Shown: positions 36,827 to 46,282 of the stretch, one piece after another | Layout of the letters: each line of letters begins with the position of its first letter | How positions within the stretch are numbered: the first letter of the stretch is position 1 | Assembly (NCBI GenBank): GCA_903851045.1 | Contig: CAINNF010000017.1 | Span: forward strand, 34,353 to 98,352 | DNA: 64,000 nt | Origin: Candidatus Adlerbacteria bacterium | GTDB lineage: Bacteria; Patescibacteriota; Minisyncoccia; Phycocordibacterales; SBAW01 | Direction: 5' to 3' | Notes under the pieces: model-generated | Told to the model about the DNA's origin: nothing | The model's input: only the letters and a program-made list of their open reading frames with translations | Database searches by the model: none | Program-made: the position numbers and the translations under genes

Positions 36827-37609
36827 ATGGACCGCCTGACCGCATACGTCGAGACCTACGGAGACTACTTAGAGGACGTTCGTCGTCGTTTGTACGTGGT
36901 CGTGATCATTTTCGTGTGCATCTTCGTCGCTGGATTCTTTGCGACACCCTATTTGGTCAAGCTCATGACGAGTTTCTTGAAGATCTCGAGCGTGTCTATT
37001 GTCGCGACCGCACCCTTTCAGCTTATCGATCTGGCGATGGATGTCGGGTTCTTTTTGGCTGTCGTGTTCACGAGTCCGGTGCTTTTGTATCACATCTATC
37101 AGTTCCTTCGTCCCGGACTCCTCTACGCTGAGCGCCGCATTTTCTTTTTTCTCATACCGGTCGGGGTGGTGCTTTTCATGCTCGGCTTTACGTACGGTTT
37201 CGCCATCATGTACTGTGCGCTCGGTGCGGTGGCGATTGTTAATCAGAGTGTCGGCATCGTGAATCTTTGGGACATCAGTCTGTTCATGTCGCAGATGTTG
37301 CTCACCTCGACGCTGCTCGGTTTGTTGTTCGAATTTCCCATCATCATCAGTTTTCTTATTCGTCTCGGGGTGGTGCAAGTCGACTTTCTGCGTGCGAAAC
37401 GTCGGCATGCGATCGTGATTATCTTTTTGTTCGTTGGACTGCTGCCACCAACGGATGGTTTGTCGCTTATCCTTATGTCCGCACCGCTCGTGGCGATCTA
37501 CGAGCTTACGATTATACTTAATGCACAGCGTGTGGGGGTGGCAACCACGCGGTGCTTATCGTGTTCTTGTTCGGTGCGAAGAAGATTCCAGAGCTCACGA
37601 GCGGTGTAG
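36827..37609 (+). CDS. tatC: twin-arginine translocase subunit TatC (aberrant 3' end)
   Basis: YLEDVRRRL, YQFLRPGLLYAERR, GLLFEFP, KRRHAIV and PPTDGLSLILMSAPLVAIYE; six TM segments. Confidence 0.92.
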   Translation: MDRLTAYVETYGDYLEDVRRRLYVVVIIFVCIFVAGFFATPYLVKLMTSFLKISSVSIVATAPFQLIDLAMDVGFFLAVVFTSPVLLYHIYQFLRPGLLYAERRIFFFLIPVGVVLFMLGFTYGFAIMYCALGAVAIVNQSVGIVNLWDISLFMSQMLLTSTLLGLLFEFPIIISFLIRLGVVQVDFLRAKRRHAIVIIFLFVGLLPPTDGLSLILMSAPLVAIYELTIILNAQRVGVATTRCLSCSCSVRRRFQSSRAV

Positions 37610-37692
37610 CGGACGCCATCCGTCACTTGCGCGGCGCGTTCCGGGACGAGCCAGGTGCTGACACAGTGGTCGCCACTACTAGAAAAAAATAA
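37549..37692 (+). pseudogene. tatA: 5'-truncated TatA paralog overlapping the tatC end in another frame
   Basis: AVLIVFLFGAKKIPELTSGVADAIRHLRGAFRDE...KK*; upstream in-frame stop at 37519-37521 and no ATG; 20 nt identical to the downstream tatA. Confidence 0.75.
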
Positions 37693-37705
37693 GAACGTAC
37701 ATCGT

Positions 37706-37876
37706 ATGCCATTCGACCTCGGTGCTAAAGAACTGTTAATTATAGCCGCGCTTATCGTGTTCTTGTTCGGATCGAAGAAGATTCCCGAATTCGGGAAAAT
37801 GTTCGCTGACGGTATCCGCACCCTGCGAAGCGGCTTCAAGGACGAGGTCGCGGTACAGGCGGTAGCAAAGAAATAG
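37706..37876 (+). CDS. tatA: twin-arginine translocase subunit TatA/E
   Basis: MPFDLGAKELLIIAALIVFLFGSKKIPEFGKMFADGIRTLRSGFKD (FGxxKxPE motif). Confidence 0.92.
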   Translation: MPFDLGAKELLIIAALIVFLFGSKKIPEFGKMFADGIRTLRSGFKDEVAVQAVAKK

Positions 37877-37918
37877 GAGCATCACCGCTCTCATGGGGGA
37901 GAGGTATTTCGTATATCT

Positions 37919-40900
37919 ATGAGGATAGAAAGATTTTTCGTATTGCACATCTTGCGGCCCGCGCCAGCGTTTTTTCTCTTTCTTCTACTTTTGTGCGTCC
38001 CCGCATTATCTTTAGCAGGTAGTTATCCACAGTATCCGGCGGGCTCCGTGGTCACGATTGGCGAGTTCGTCTACAACGACGACTACTCACCAACCACCGA
38101 CAACTGCGACGTGACAGTGTATGATCCGACCAACACGAAGGTGGTGTACGCTTCGACCACCGCACGGTCGGATGGATGGCACTCCTATACATTTACTCCA
38201 GCATCTGTCTTGGGTGTATGGTCGTCCAACATCTCCTGTGGTTCGAGCGCGGGGGGCACGCTGGTACGACAAGATGAATCGTTCGTGGTAGTGAGTCCTC
38301 CTGCATTGCAGTCTGATATCCAAACTGCCTCATCTTCGATCGCTGCGGTCGTGAACGCACATACTGATGCTGCGACCGGGAACGTCACCTCAGGTGTGAA
38401 TGCGCACACTGACGTTGCGTCGTCATCTATCGGCACGATGCTGTTGTCGATACCTTTGGCGGTATGGAATATCACTGCCAGCACCTTGACCACGGTCGGC
38501 TCGATCGGTAAGCAGCTTGCGACCAATGTAGACTCGGTACTTTCGGGAATTTCAAGTGGTATCGCACTGGCCGTCAACGGTCACACCGACACGGCGCTCA
38601 ACACCGCCTCATCCTCAATCGCTGCAGTCGTCAACGGCAACACCAACACTGCAACAGCTGGCATCACTTCAGGTGTGAACAGTCACACGGATTCGCAACT
38701 TGCGCTTGCAACCTCGTCGGTTAATGCACACACCGACTCCGCGACTGCGGGCATTACTTCAGGCGTCAATGGTCACACCGACACGGCGCTCAACACGGCC
38801 TCTTCTTCAATCGCTGCGGTCGTCAACGGCAACACGAACACTGCTACAGCTGGCATCACAACTGGCGTGAACGGTCACACGGATTCGCAACTTGCGACCG
38901 CAACCTCTTCGATTGTTGCTGTTGTGAACGGTCATACTGATTCGGCCGCTGCTGGCATTACCACAGCTGTTAATGGGCACACGGACATAGCATCTTCGTC
39001 GATCGCAGCCGTCGTCAATGGTAATACAAATACACAAACGAGTGGCATCGCGTCAGCAGTTAACACTAATACTAACAATATCGTCACTGCCGCATCCTCC
39101 TCGCTTGGTAGCACTCTCGGTTCGATCGCGTCCTCCATCCTCTCGGTGCCGGCGAACGTGTGGTCCTTCACTGGCCGCACGCTCGACTCCTTTGGCTCAA
39201 TCACCGGTGATGTTGCCACCGCCGTCTGGAGTGCAGCCACACGCACCCTCACGGGAGCTTCTCTCACAACGGGTTCGCTCGCGACTCAGTCTGATGTGAA
39301 CACCGCCTCATCCTCAGTCACGACCCTCGTGAACACACACACCGACTCCGCCACTGGCGGTATCGCATCGACAGTCAATGGTCACACCGACACTGCGCTT
39401 AACTCGGCATCCTCTTCAATAGCCGCTGTGGTGAATGGCAACACGAACACTGCGACCGCGGGTATCACGTCTGGCGTCAACGGGCACACCGATACTGCGC
39501 TCAATACCGCATCCTCGTCAATCGCCGCGGTCGTCAACGGCAATACGAACACTGCGACCGCGGGTGTAACTTCAGGGGTGAACTCCCACACGGACACACA
39601 ATTGGCGCTCGCTACGTCGTCGGTCAATTCTCACACCGATACGGCGACCGCGGGTATCACGAGCGCTGTTAATGCGAACACCACGAACATAGTTACTGCG
39701 GCATCATCCTCTCTCGGTTCCACCCTTGGTTCGATTGCATCCTCAATCCTCTCGGTGCCTGCGAACGTCTGGTCCTTCACTGGTCGTACACTCGACTCCT
39801 TTGGCTCGATTACAGGAGATGTGGCGACTGCGGTCTGGGGCGCAGCGACTCGAACACTCACTGGGGCAACTCTCACTACTGGCTCGCTTGCGACTCAGTC
39901 TGACGTAAACAATGCTTCTTCGTCAGTTGCGGCAGGTGTGAATGCACATACAGACTCAGCGACCGGTGGTATTGCGTCCACAGTCAATGGACACACAGAT
40001 ACCGCACTCAATACCGCCTCGTCTTCGATTGCCGCGGTCGTCAACGGCAACACGAACACTCAAACTGCGAGTATTACCTCGGGTGTGAACGGACACACCG
40101 ACTCGCAGCTCGCTACCGCAACCTCCTCGATCGCCGCTGTGGTCAACGGTCATACTGATTCGGCCACTGCTGGCATTACCACAGCTGTTAATGCGCACAC
40201 GGACATAGCCTCTTCCTCGATCGCGGCTGTAGTGAATGGTCACACCGACTCAGCGGCCGGTGGTATCGCTGCAGCGGTCAATACCAACACCACCAACGTC
40301 GTTACTGCCGCATCCTCTTCGCTGGGATTGACGCTCGGTTCTATTGCGTCTTCGATTCTCTCAGTACCTGCGAATGTGTGGGCATACTCGGGACGTACTC
40401 TGACCTCCTTCGGCACGATTACCGGCGACGTTGCGACCGCGGTCTGGGGCGCTGCCTCGCGAACACTCACGGGAGCTACCCTTACCACCGGCTCACTCGC
40501 AACTCAGACTGACGTGAACAATGCTTCGTCCTCGGTCGTGGCTGGAGTGAATGCGCATACGGACTCTGCAACCGGCGGCGTCGCATCAACGGTTAATGGA
40601 CACACAGACACCGCACTCAATGCTGCTTCGTCTTCGATCGCTGCGGTCGTCAACGGCAACACCAACACTGCGACTGCTGGCGTAACGACCGCAATCAACG
40701 CGCACACCGACTCCGCGACCGCAGGTGTCGCTTCGGCAGTCAACACCAACACCACTAACGTCGTCACCGCTGCATCGTCATCGCTCGGCTCGACGCTCGG
40801 TTCGATCGCGTCGGCTATCGTGTCGATGCCAGCGACGATAGTGTCGAGCGTGTGGAGCGCGACGTCTCGCACGCTCACCTCACTGAGTTTGTCATCCCAG

Positions 40901-41854
40901 AGTCCATGGGTGGTATCGCTTTCAAACTCGAGCACTGTTGCAGCGGGCAGTACGTACTATGCGACCGTTACCACAACCTACAATGGTACGTTGACCGACT
41001 CGGCGAATATCCCAACGATTACCATCTATGATCCAAGCAGGAACGTGATAGTCAACGCAGGCACCATGACGCGTACCGGTGTTGGTACCTACCAGTACAC
41101 CTACCTCACCAGCGGCAGCGCGCCGGGCGGCGTATGGGAGACCGATGTCACCGCGAATGTTGCGACCGGTCAGACGCTACCTGGTACGCAGTATTGGAAC
41201 CTCACGACATCTCCCGCGCAGGTCATAGTGAATAGTGTGAGCGCGGTCACCGTGCCTACCATCGGGGCGAACATTACGATCACCAACGAAGGTCTTGGCG
41301 GATATGAATATCACTATGCGTGGTGTGTCGTCGCCGATATCAGTACGCCCTGCGATGGAAGCAGTAACGACGTATTCTACGCGAACGCGGCGAAGTTCAT
41401 AAATCCGGGCGACAGCTTTAACACCACGCTCACTGCCACCGTGCCAACACCCGGTTCGTACTACTTTAAAGTCATCGCATACTTCGGAACCGAAAGTTCC
41501 GGTGCGTCACGTCAGTTTACCGCTACGGCGGGGAGCTCGAATAACGGCGGTTCCGGTGGCTCAGGTAGTTCCGGTGGCGGCAGCTCTGGGGGCGGCGGTT
41601 CGGGTGGTGGCGGAGCTGCTGTGGTGACCGCGGTACCATCGACACCAGCAGGGCAATGCAACGGGGCTGATCTGAATGGTGATCATGTGGTTAACTATAT
41701 CGACTTTTCAGTGCTGCTGTATTTCTGGCATACGCAGCCACCATTTAGGAATCCGTGCGTCGACATCAATCAAGACGGCAAGGTCGACGCACGAGACTTC
41801 TCCATCATGCTTTCCCAGTGGAAGACCGCAGGCACACCGTTTAAAAAGAGATGA
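37919..41854 (+). CDS. secreted fibrous adhesin-like protein with repeat stalk, Ig-like domains and C-terminal dockerin
   Basis: Sec signal; many VNxHTD/VNxNTN repeats; Gly/Ser linker; paired Ca-binding motifs DLNGDHVVNYIDFSVL and DINQDGKVDARDFSIM. Confidence 0.85.
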   Translation: MRIERFFVLHILRPAPAFFLFLLLLCVPALSLAGSYPQYPAGSVVTIGEFVYNDDYSPTTDNCDVTVYDPTNTKVVYASTTARSDGWHSYTFTPASVLGVWSSNISCGSSAGGTLVRQDESFVVVSPPALQSDIQTASSSIAAVVNAHTDAATGNVTSGVNAHTDVASSSIGTMLLSIPLAVWNITASTLTTVGSIGKQLATNVDSVLSGISSGIALAVNGHTDTALNTASSSIAAVVNGNTNTATAGITSGVNSHTDSQLALATSSVNAHTDSATAGITSGVNGHTDTALNTASSSIAAVVNGNTNTATAGITTGVNGHTDSQLATATSSIVAVVNGHTDSAAAGITTAVNGHTDIASSSIAAVVNGNTNTQTSGIASAVNTNTNNIVTAASSSLGSTLGSIASSILSVPANVWSFTGRTLDSFGSITGDVATAVWSAATRTLTGASLTTGSLATQSDVNTASSSVTTLVNTHTDSATGGIASTVNGHTDTALNSASSSIAAVVNGNTNTATAGITSGVNGHTDTALNTASSSIAAVVNGNTNTATAGVTSGVNSHTDTQLALATSSVNSHTDTATAGITSAVNANTTNIVTAASSSLGSTLGSIASSILSVPANVWSFTGRTLDSFGSITGDVATAVWGAATRTLTGATLTTGSLATQSDVNNASSSVAAGVNAHTDSATGGIASTVNGHTDTALNTASSSIAAVVNGNTNTQTASITSGVNGHTDSQLATATSSIAAVVNGHTDSATAGITTAVNAHTDIASSSIAAVVNGHTDSAAGGIAAAVNTNTTNVVTAASSSLGLTLGSIASSILSVPANVWAYSGRTLTSFGTITGDVATAVWGAASRTLTGATLTTGSLATQTDVNNASSSVVAGVNAHTDSATGGVASTVNGHTDTALNAASSSIAAVVNGNTNTATAGVTTAINAHTDSATAGVASAVNTNTTNVVTAASSSLGSTLGSIASAIVSMPATIVSSVWSATSRTLTSLSLSSQSPWVVSLSNSSTVAAGSTYYATVTTTYNGTLTDSANIPTITIYDPSRNVIVNAGTMTRTGVGTYQYTYLTSGSAPGGVWETDVTANVATGQTLPGTQYWNLTTSPAQVIVNSVSAVTVPTIGANITITNEGLGGYEYHYAWCVVADISTPCDGSSNDVFYANAAKFINPGDSFNTTLTATVPTPGSYYFKVIAYFGTESSGASRQFTATAGSSNNGGSGGSGSSGGGSSGGGGSGGGGAAVVTAVPSTPAGQCNGADLNGDHVVNYIDFSVLLYFWHTQPPFRNPCVDINQDGKVDARDFSIMLSQWKTAGTPFKKR
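38330..40880 (+). repeat. intragenic tandem repeats (45/57-nt units inside 609-nt super-repeats)
   Basis: PANVW codons start at 39149, 39758 and 40367 (609-nt spacing); near-identical DNA at 38930 and 40148 (1218 nt apart). Confidence 0.9.
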
Positions 41855-42744
41855 GACACTACCGAAACATATTTTGGATCATAGCCGTGCTCACCGTACT
41901 CCCAGGTTCGGCTCATGCCGCTACCGACGTATTGACGATAGAGCCACCGATTGGCGTTGTGTCGGTTGGAGATACGGTGCTGGTGCCTGTCTACCTTTCG
42001 ACCTTGCGGAATGTGAACGCGGTGGATGGGGAAGTGAGCGTCATCGGTCCAGTGACTGTCGTCTCGAATGACACGAGCGGCTCGGTGTTGACGCTCTGGC
42101 CACTGCCGCCGTCTCTGAGTGGTAGCGCGATATCCTTCACTGGTGGTGCGGTCACCAGCTTGACCGGGGCGCATCTAAAATTATTCTCTATCGCGGTGAA
42201 GATCACTGGTGCAGGACCCATCACGTTCAAAGTACAACATGGCACCGCCTATCTGGCGGATGGACAAGGGACTCCGCTTTCACTTACGGGTGTTGCGGCA
42301 GGGGTCACGGCGGGTACGGGTGCGTCAGCACGAAACGATCTTGCGATCGAGATACAACATGACACGACTCCACCCGAGCCGTTCACTATCGACTATGGGA
42401 GAGATCCACAGGTGTACGGTGGTAACTATTTCATTAGCTTTGGAGCGGTCGACACGCTGGGTGGCATAGACCACTACGATGTCACCGAAGGGACTCTCCC
42501 ATCGGTGCGCAGCGGTGATACATACGTGCTTCAGCGCCAGGGTCAGGACGAGACGATTACAGTCACCGCATATAACAAAGCCGGCCGTGCCCGCGTATCA
42601 ACCTACACCGTCTCGGTGTCTCGTCCAGCCGGAGGGGTGGAGTGGATGTGGCTCTTGATTATACCACTGCTGTTGTTCGCTGCTGTCTCATACGTACTCT
42701 ATTGTCGAAGTACGAGACGTCGTGTGAAAAAGAGGAAGAGATAA
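41851..42744 (+). CDS. cohesin-like domain protein with C-terminal membrane anchor
   Basis: Signal peptide; VSVGDTVLVPVYL...NAVDG...SVLTLWP...ISFTGG...YLADGQGT; DTTPPEPF Ig-like part; TM followed by a basic tail. Confidence 0.75.
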   Translation: MRHYRNIFWIIAVLTVLPGSAHAATDVLTIEPPIGVVSVGDTVLVPVYLSTLRNVNAVDGEVSVIGPVTVVSNDTSGSVLTLWPLPPSLSGSAISFTGGAVTSLTGAHLKLFSIAVKITGAGPITFKVQHGTAYLADGQGTPLSLTGVAAGVTAGTGASARNDLAIEIQHDTTPPEPFTIDYGRDPQVYGGNYFISFGAVDTLGGIDHYDVTEGTLPSVRSGDTYVLQRQGQDETITVTAYNKAGRARVSTYTVSVSRPAGGVEWMWLLIIPLLLFAAVSYVLYCRSTRRRVKKRKR

Positions 42745-42748
42745 TACT

Positions 42749-44278
42749 ATGTTGTGCACGTCATCTGTCAAACAAGTCACGCGCCTCTCCGTTCGCATGT
42801 TCGTGGTGTCCGTGCTCATGATGCTACTGTGCGGTCCCCACGCAGCGCGCGCAGCCACGGTGTCGTTGACGCCGATGGTGTCGTCGATCTCAGCGGGGAA
42901 CATCGTTACGGTACACGTCATGGTGAACACGCAGGGAGTTGCTATCAACGACGGGAGCGCCACGATCCAGTTCCCGACCGATCTTCTTGAGGTGGTGTCG
43001 GTTTCGAAAAGTTCATCCATTTTCTCGCTCTGGGTCGAAGAGCCAACGTTCTCCAACAGCGCCGGTACGGTGACGTTCGATGGTGGGGTACCGACGCCGG
43101 GGTATCAGGGAGGTAGTGGAGACATGCTCGATATTACCTTTCGCGCAAAAAAGACAGGTGCCGCTTCGATACTGGTTACGAACGTGAACGTGCTCGCCAA
43201 CGATGGACAAGGGACGGACGTATTCAGCGGGTCGAGCAATGACACTATCACCATCACGCCGTCAGTACCAGCCGCGCCGATCCAGACACCTGCACCCATA
43301 GCAAAGCCTGCTGCGACACCGACCGTCATACAGACCACCCCGACCGACACGACGGTGCACATCACTTCCTCGACCCATCCATCACAGACTGCCTGGTATG
43401 CGCAGAACACGGCACAGCTGGGGTTCGACCTACCCCCGAAGACCGCCGCGATCAAATTCTTGGTGAGTCAGGACCAAACGACGGTTCCGACAAAGACATA
43501 CAAGCCTGCGATCACACAAAAGTCGACCGACGCGCTCACCGACGGCACATGGTACGTCCAAGTAAGTGCACTTGCGGGCGGGGTATGGGGTCCGGTGAGC
43601 ACCTATACGCTCAATATCGATACTATGCCGCCTCGGTTGAGTATTACATCGCTCGTCTATTCGTCGGACACCAAGACTGTCACGGTCACCGGCTCAGCAC
43701 AGGACGATACCTCTGGGTTTGGGTCACTGTCGCTGGTGGTCGATGGCGTCGATGCGCGAAGTGACGTGGCGGGACTGTTGACCCAGGGGACGGTCCAGGT
43801 ACCGCTTGATGCGTCTCCGGGGCAGCATGTCGTAAAAGTACGAGCGGTCGATCGAGCGGGGAATTATATGGATTCGCAAGACTTCTACGTCATGGTACCG
43901 GCCGAACCGTACGTGCCCAAGGGCGTAGTGGCGGTCACGACGTGGTATGTCGAGACGCACGGCTCGATGGTACTGGTCGTGTTAGCGCTCTGCATCTCGT
44001 TGTTGTCGTTGATCTTCAATGTCATACTTTGGAACAAACTCCGCATCTACCGAAAACGACCACACTCCGGGGTTGTGCACATGAGAGAGCAGACGAAAGA
44101 GCGGCTTATGGACCTCAAAAAAGATCTTCACAAACAGGCAAAGCTGTACGATAAGACGGGTACCCACAAGGCGACTACGAAGGAAGAGGCTGACTACGCG
44201 AAGAAGATGCAGGCCCATATAGCCGATGTCGAACAATATGTGGACCGCAAGATACAGGACATAACGAAGCGTCCCTGA
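42749..44278 (+). CDS. cohesin-like domain protein with Ig-like domains, TM anchor and cytoplasmic helical tail
   Basis: GNIVTVHVMVNT...INDGSATIQFPTDLLEVVSVSKSSSIFSLWVEEP...VLANDGQGT; SSTHP; TM near the C-terminus. Confidence 0.78.
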   Translation: MLCTSSVKQVTRLSVRMFVVSVLMMLLCGPHAARAATVSLTPMVSSISAGNIVTVHVMVNTQGVAINDGSATIQFPTDLLEVVSVSKSSSIFSLWVEEPTFSNSAGTVTFDGGVPTPGYQGGSGDMLDITFRAKKTGAASILVTNVNVLANDGQGTDVFSGSSNDTITITPSVPAAPIQTPAPIAKPAATPTVIQTTPTDTTVHITSSTHPSQTAWYAQNTAQLGFDLPPKTAAIKFLVSQDQTTVPTKTYKPAITQKSTDALTDGTWYVQVSALAGGVWGPVSTYTLNIDTMPPRLSITSLVYSSDTKTVTVTGSAQDDTSGFGSLSLVVDGVDARSDVAGLLTQGTVQVPLDASPGQHVVKVRAVDRAGNYMDSQDFYVMVPAEPYVPKGVVAVTTWYVETHGSMVLVVLALCISLLSLIFNVILWNKLRIYRKRPHSGVVHMREQTKERLMDLKKDLHKQAKLYDKTGTHKATTKEEADYAKKMQAHIADVEQYVDRKIQDITKRP

Positions 44279-44338
44279 TTGTGGACGCGAGGGTTGATTT
44301 TTCCCCAGTATTAGGATATACTGCTTGCACTTACGCAA

Positions 44339-45622
44339 ATGCCAAAACCAAAAAAAGGAGTCAAAAAGGTGGTTTCCAAGACGGCCCGACCAGCACGGTC
44401 GGGCGGTGCTTCTCGTGCTGTTAAAAGTGTCGTAGCCAAGGCGAAGAAGTTTCGTGATGCGGCAGCGACTCGCCGAGTCAAACTGGCGCCTAAAAAGACG
44501 GTTGTGAAGGGTGCGAAAACCGCTACAAGTAAGGCGGCGGCTAAGGTCGCCAAGCCGACCAATGAACGCGACAAGAAGGCCGAGTCGCTCATGGCGCGTG
44601 GCCGACAGAGCGGGTTCATCACCTATGATGAAATTCTCAAAGTGTTCCCGACCATCGAGACGGACGTCAACTTCCTGGAAGAACTATACGAGAAGTTCGC
44701 CGCCGCCCATATCGACGTGCTCGAAGGCGGCGGCATGCTCGAGATCGTCGATGATGCTCCCGAGAAGGGGTACGCGCGTTCCGACTCGCAGTACGACTCG
44801 ATCCAAATGTACCTGCGCGAGATAGGGAAGTATCCACTGCTCAACGCACAATCCGAGCGCGACCTCGCGAAGCGTATCGTCGATGGTGACGAAGAGGCAC
44901 GCAACCTGCTTGCGCGCGCGAACCTGCGCCTCGTCGTCTCTATCGCCAAGAAGTATGTCGGTCGTAGCCCTGACCTGACACTGCTCGACCTCATCCAAGA
45001 GGGCAACCTTGGCCTCTTCAAGGCAGTCGACAAATTTGATTACACCAAGGGATACAAGTTCTCGACCTACGCGACGTGGTGGATCCGCCAAGCTATCACC
45101 CGTGCGCTCGCCGACCAGTCGCGCACCATCCGCATCCCTGTCCACATGGTGGAGACCATTGCGAAGTACAAGCAAGTCTCGCGTCGCCTCTCCCAAGACC
45201 TCGGCCGCGACCCACTTGCCGAGGAGATCGCGCTCGAAATGGGTGTCGATGTCGACAAGATATACCAGATCGAGAAGATCGACCAAGACACCGTGTCGCT
45301 CGAAAGCCCAGTGGGCGACGAGAGCGAAGATGGCAAGTCAGTCTTGGGCGACTTCATCAAAGACGATAAGATTCTCTCGCCCGACCAAGAGGTCTCCCGC
45401 CGTATCCTCGCCGACCAGCTCAAAGAGATCCTCGACGAACTCAGCCCGAAAGAGCGCGAGATCCTCAAACTCCGCCACGGGCTGGAGGACGGCATCTACC
45501 ACACGCTGGAAGAGGTTGGCAAAAAGTTCGGCGTCACCCGCGAACGCATCCGCCAAATCGAAGCCAAGGCTTTAGAGCGCATCCGCACCCACGACAAAGC
45601 AAAACGACTACGGAGCTATTAG
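44339..45622 (+). CDS. rpoD: primary sigma factor with Lys/Ala-rich N-terminal extension
   Basis: [45 protein letters not shown] and [24 protein letters not shown]. Confidence 0.97.
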   Translation: MPKPKKGVKKVVSKTARPARSGGASRAVKSVVAKAKKFRDAAATRRVKLAPKKTVVKGAKTATSKAAAKVAKPTNERDKKAESLMARGRQSGFITYDEILKVFPTIETDVNFLEELYEKFAAAHIDVLEGGGMLEIVDDAPEKGYARSDSQYDSIQMYLREIGKYPLLNAQSERDLAKRIVDGDEEARNLLARANLRLVVSIAKKYVGRSPDLTLLDLIQEGNLGLFKAVDKFDYTKGYKFSTYATWWIRQAITRALADQSRTIRIPVHMVETIAKYKQVSRRLSQDLGRDPLAEEIALEMGVDVDKIYQIEKIDQDTVSLESPVGDESEDGKSVLGDFIKDDKILSPDQEVSRRILADQLKEILDELSPKEREILKLRHGLEDGIYHTLEEVGKKFGVTRERIRQIEAKALERIRTHDKAKRLRSY

Positions 45623-45750
45623 GTTTAGAAGATTTTCCTATTTTCGGTTGAGTTTATATGCGTGCTACTTTCTATAGTTCTCCCTTATCTTGATTGTTAG
45701 GGGAAAAGTATTCTACTTGCCTTTTTGCAGGTTGGGTGTAGTATGAGTAC

Positions 45751-45800
45751 ATAAACGGCTTCGGCCTACCCCCCGCCCACAAGGCGGGGGGGCAACGTTT
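45751..45800 (+). ncRNA. candidate small structured RNA convergent with and antisense to the mazF 3' end
   Basis: Promoter TTGCCT 45717, 16-nt spacer, TAGTAT 45739; GGC-UUCG-GCC hairpin, then a 9-bp GC hairpin; no ORF. The 3' end is unknown. Confidence 0.4.
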
Positions 45801-46203
45801 AGGGGTTCAAATCAGGAAAGCACACGCCTATGACGGCCTTTGTGAGCGCGCGAAAAACGTCCTTGTCCATAGTTGCAATTTTTACGGTCAATCGTTTGCG
45901 ATCCACGAATCGAATCTGTGATAAGACGGCTACCGCGTCTCTCCCGGATACTGCTCCTACGGAGAAGTAATATTTTCCTTCCTTTGGTCTGGCTGTCAGT
46001 GGAACAATAAGACAAGTGTCGAGATTGAATTTTGATAGTATGACGACAGGTCGAGTAAACAATTCACTTCCACCATCTTGTTCGTAGCCAACATTGGTGC
46101 CAAGTGTGCACCACCACACCTCTCGCTCATGAAAGAGGGCAGTTCCTTTTGTGTTGTTAATTTCCTCTTTCTTCGTATGCCATCGCCAAAAGTCTTTTTT
46201 CAT
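45799..46203 (-). CDS. PemK/MazF-family endoribonuclease toxin
   Basis: REVWWCTLGTNVGYEQDG...RPVVILSK...IVPLT...LSQIRFVDRKRL. Confidence 0.9.
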   Translation of the reverse strand: MKKDFWRWHTKKEEINNTKGTALFHEREVWWCTLGTNVGYEQDGGSELFTRPVVILSKFNLDTCLIVPLTARPKEGKYYFSVGAVSGRDAVAVLSQIRFVDRKRLTVKIATMDKDVFRALTKAVIGVCFPDLNP

Positions 46204-46282
46204 TTTGGGAGAGCTTACCACCAGTCAGAATTTTATCAACGGCCACCTATTTAGAATGGATGCATGTGCTACAATGCCGGAA

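Noticed and set aside
38330-40880. Repeats as a CRISPR array or DGR template/variable repeats
   Set aside because: They are in-frame coding repeats with synonymous variation; there are no unique spacers, cas genes or reverse transcriptase.
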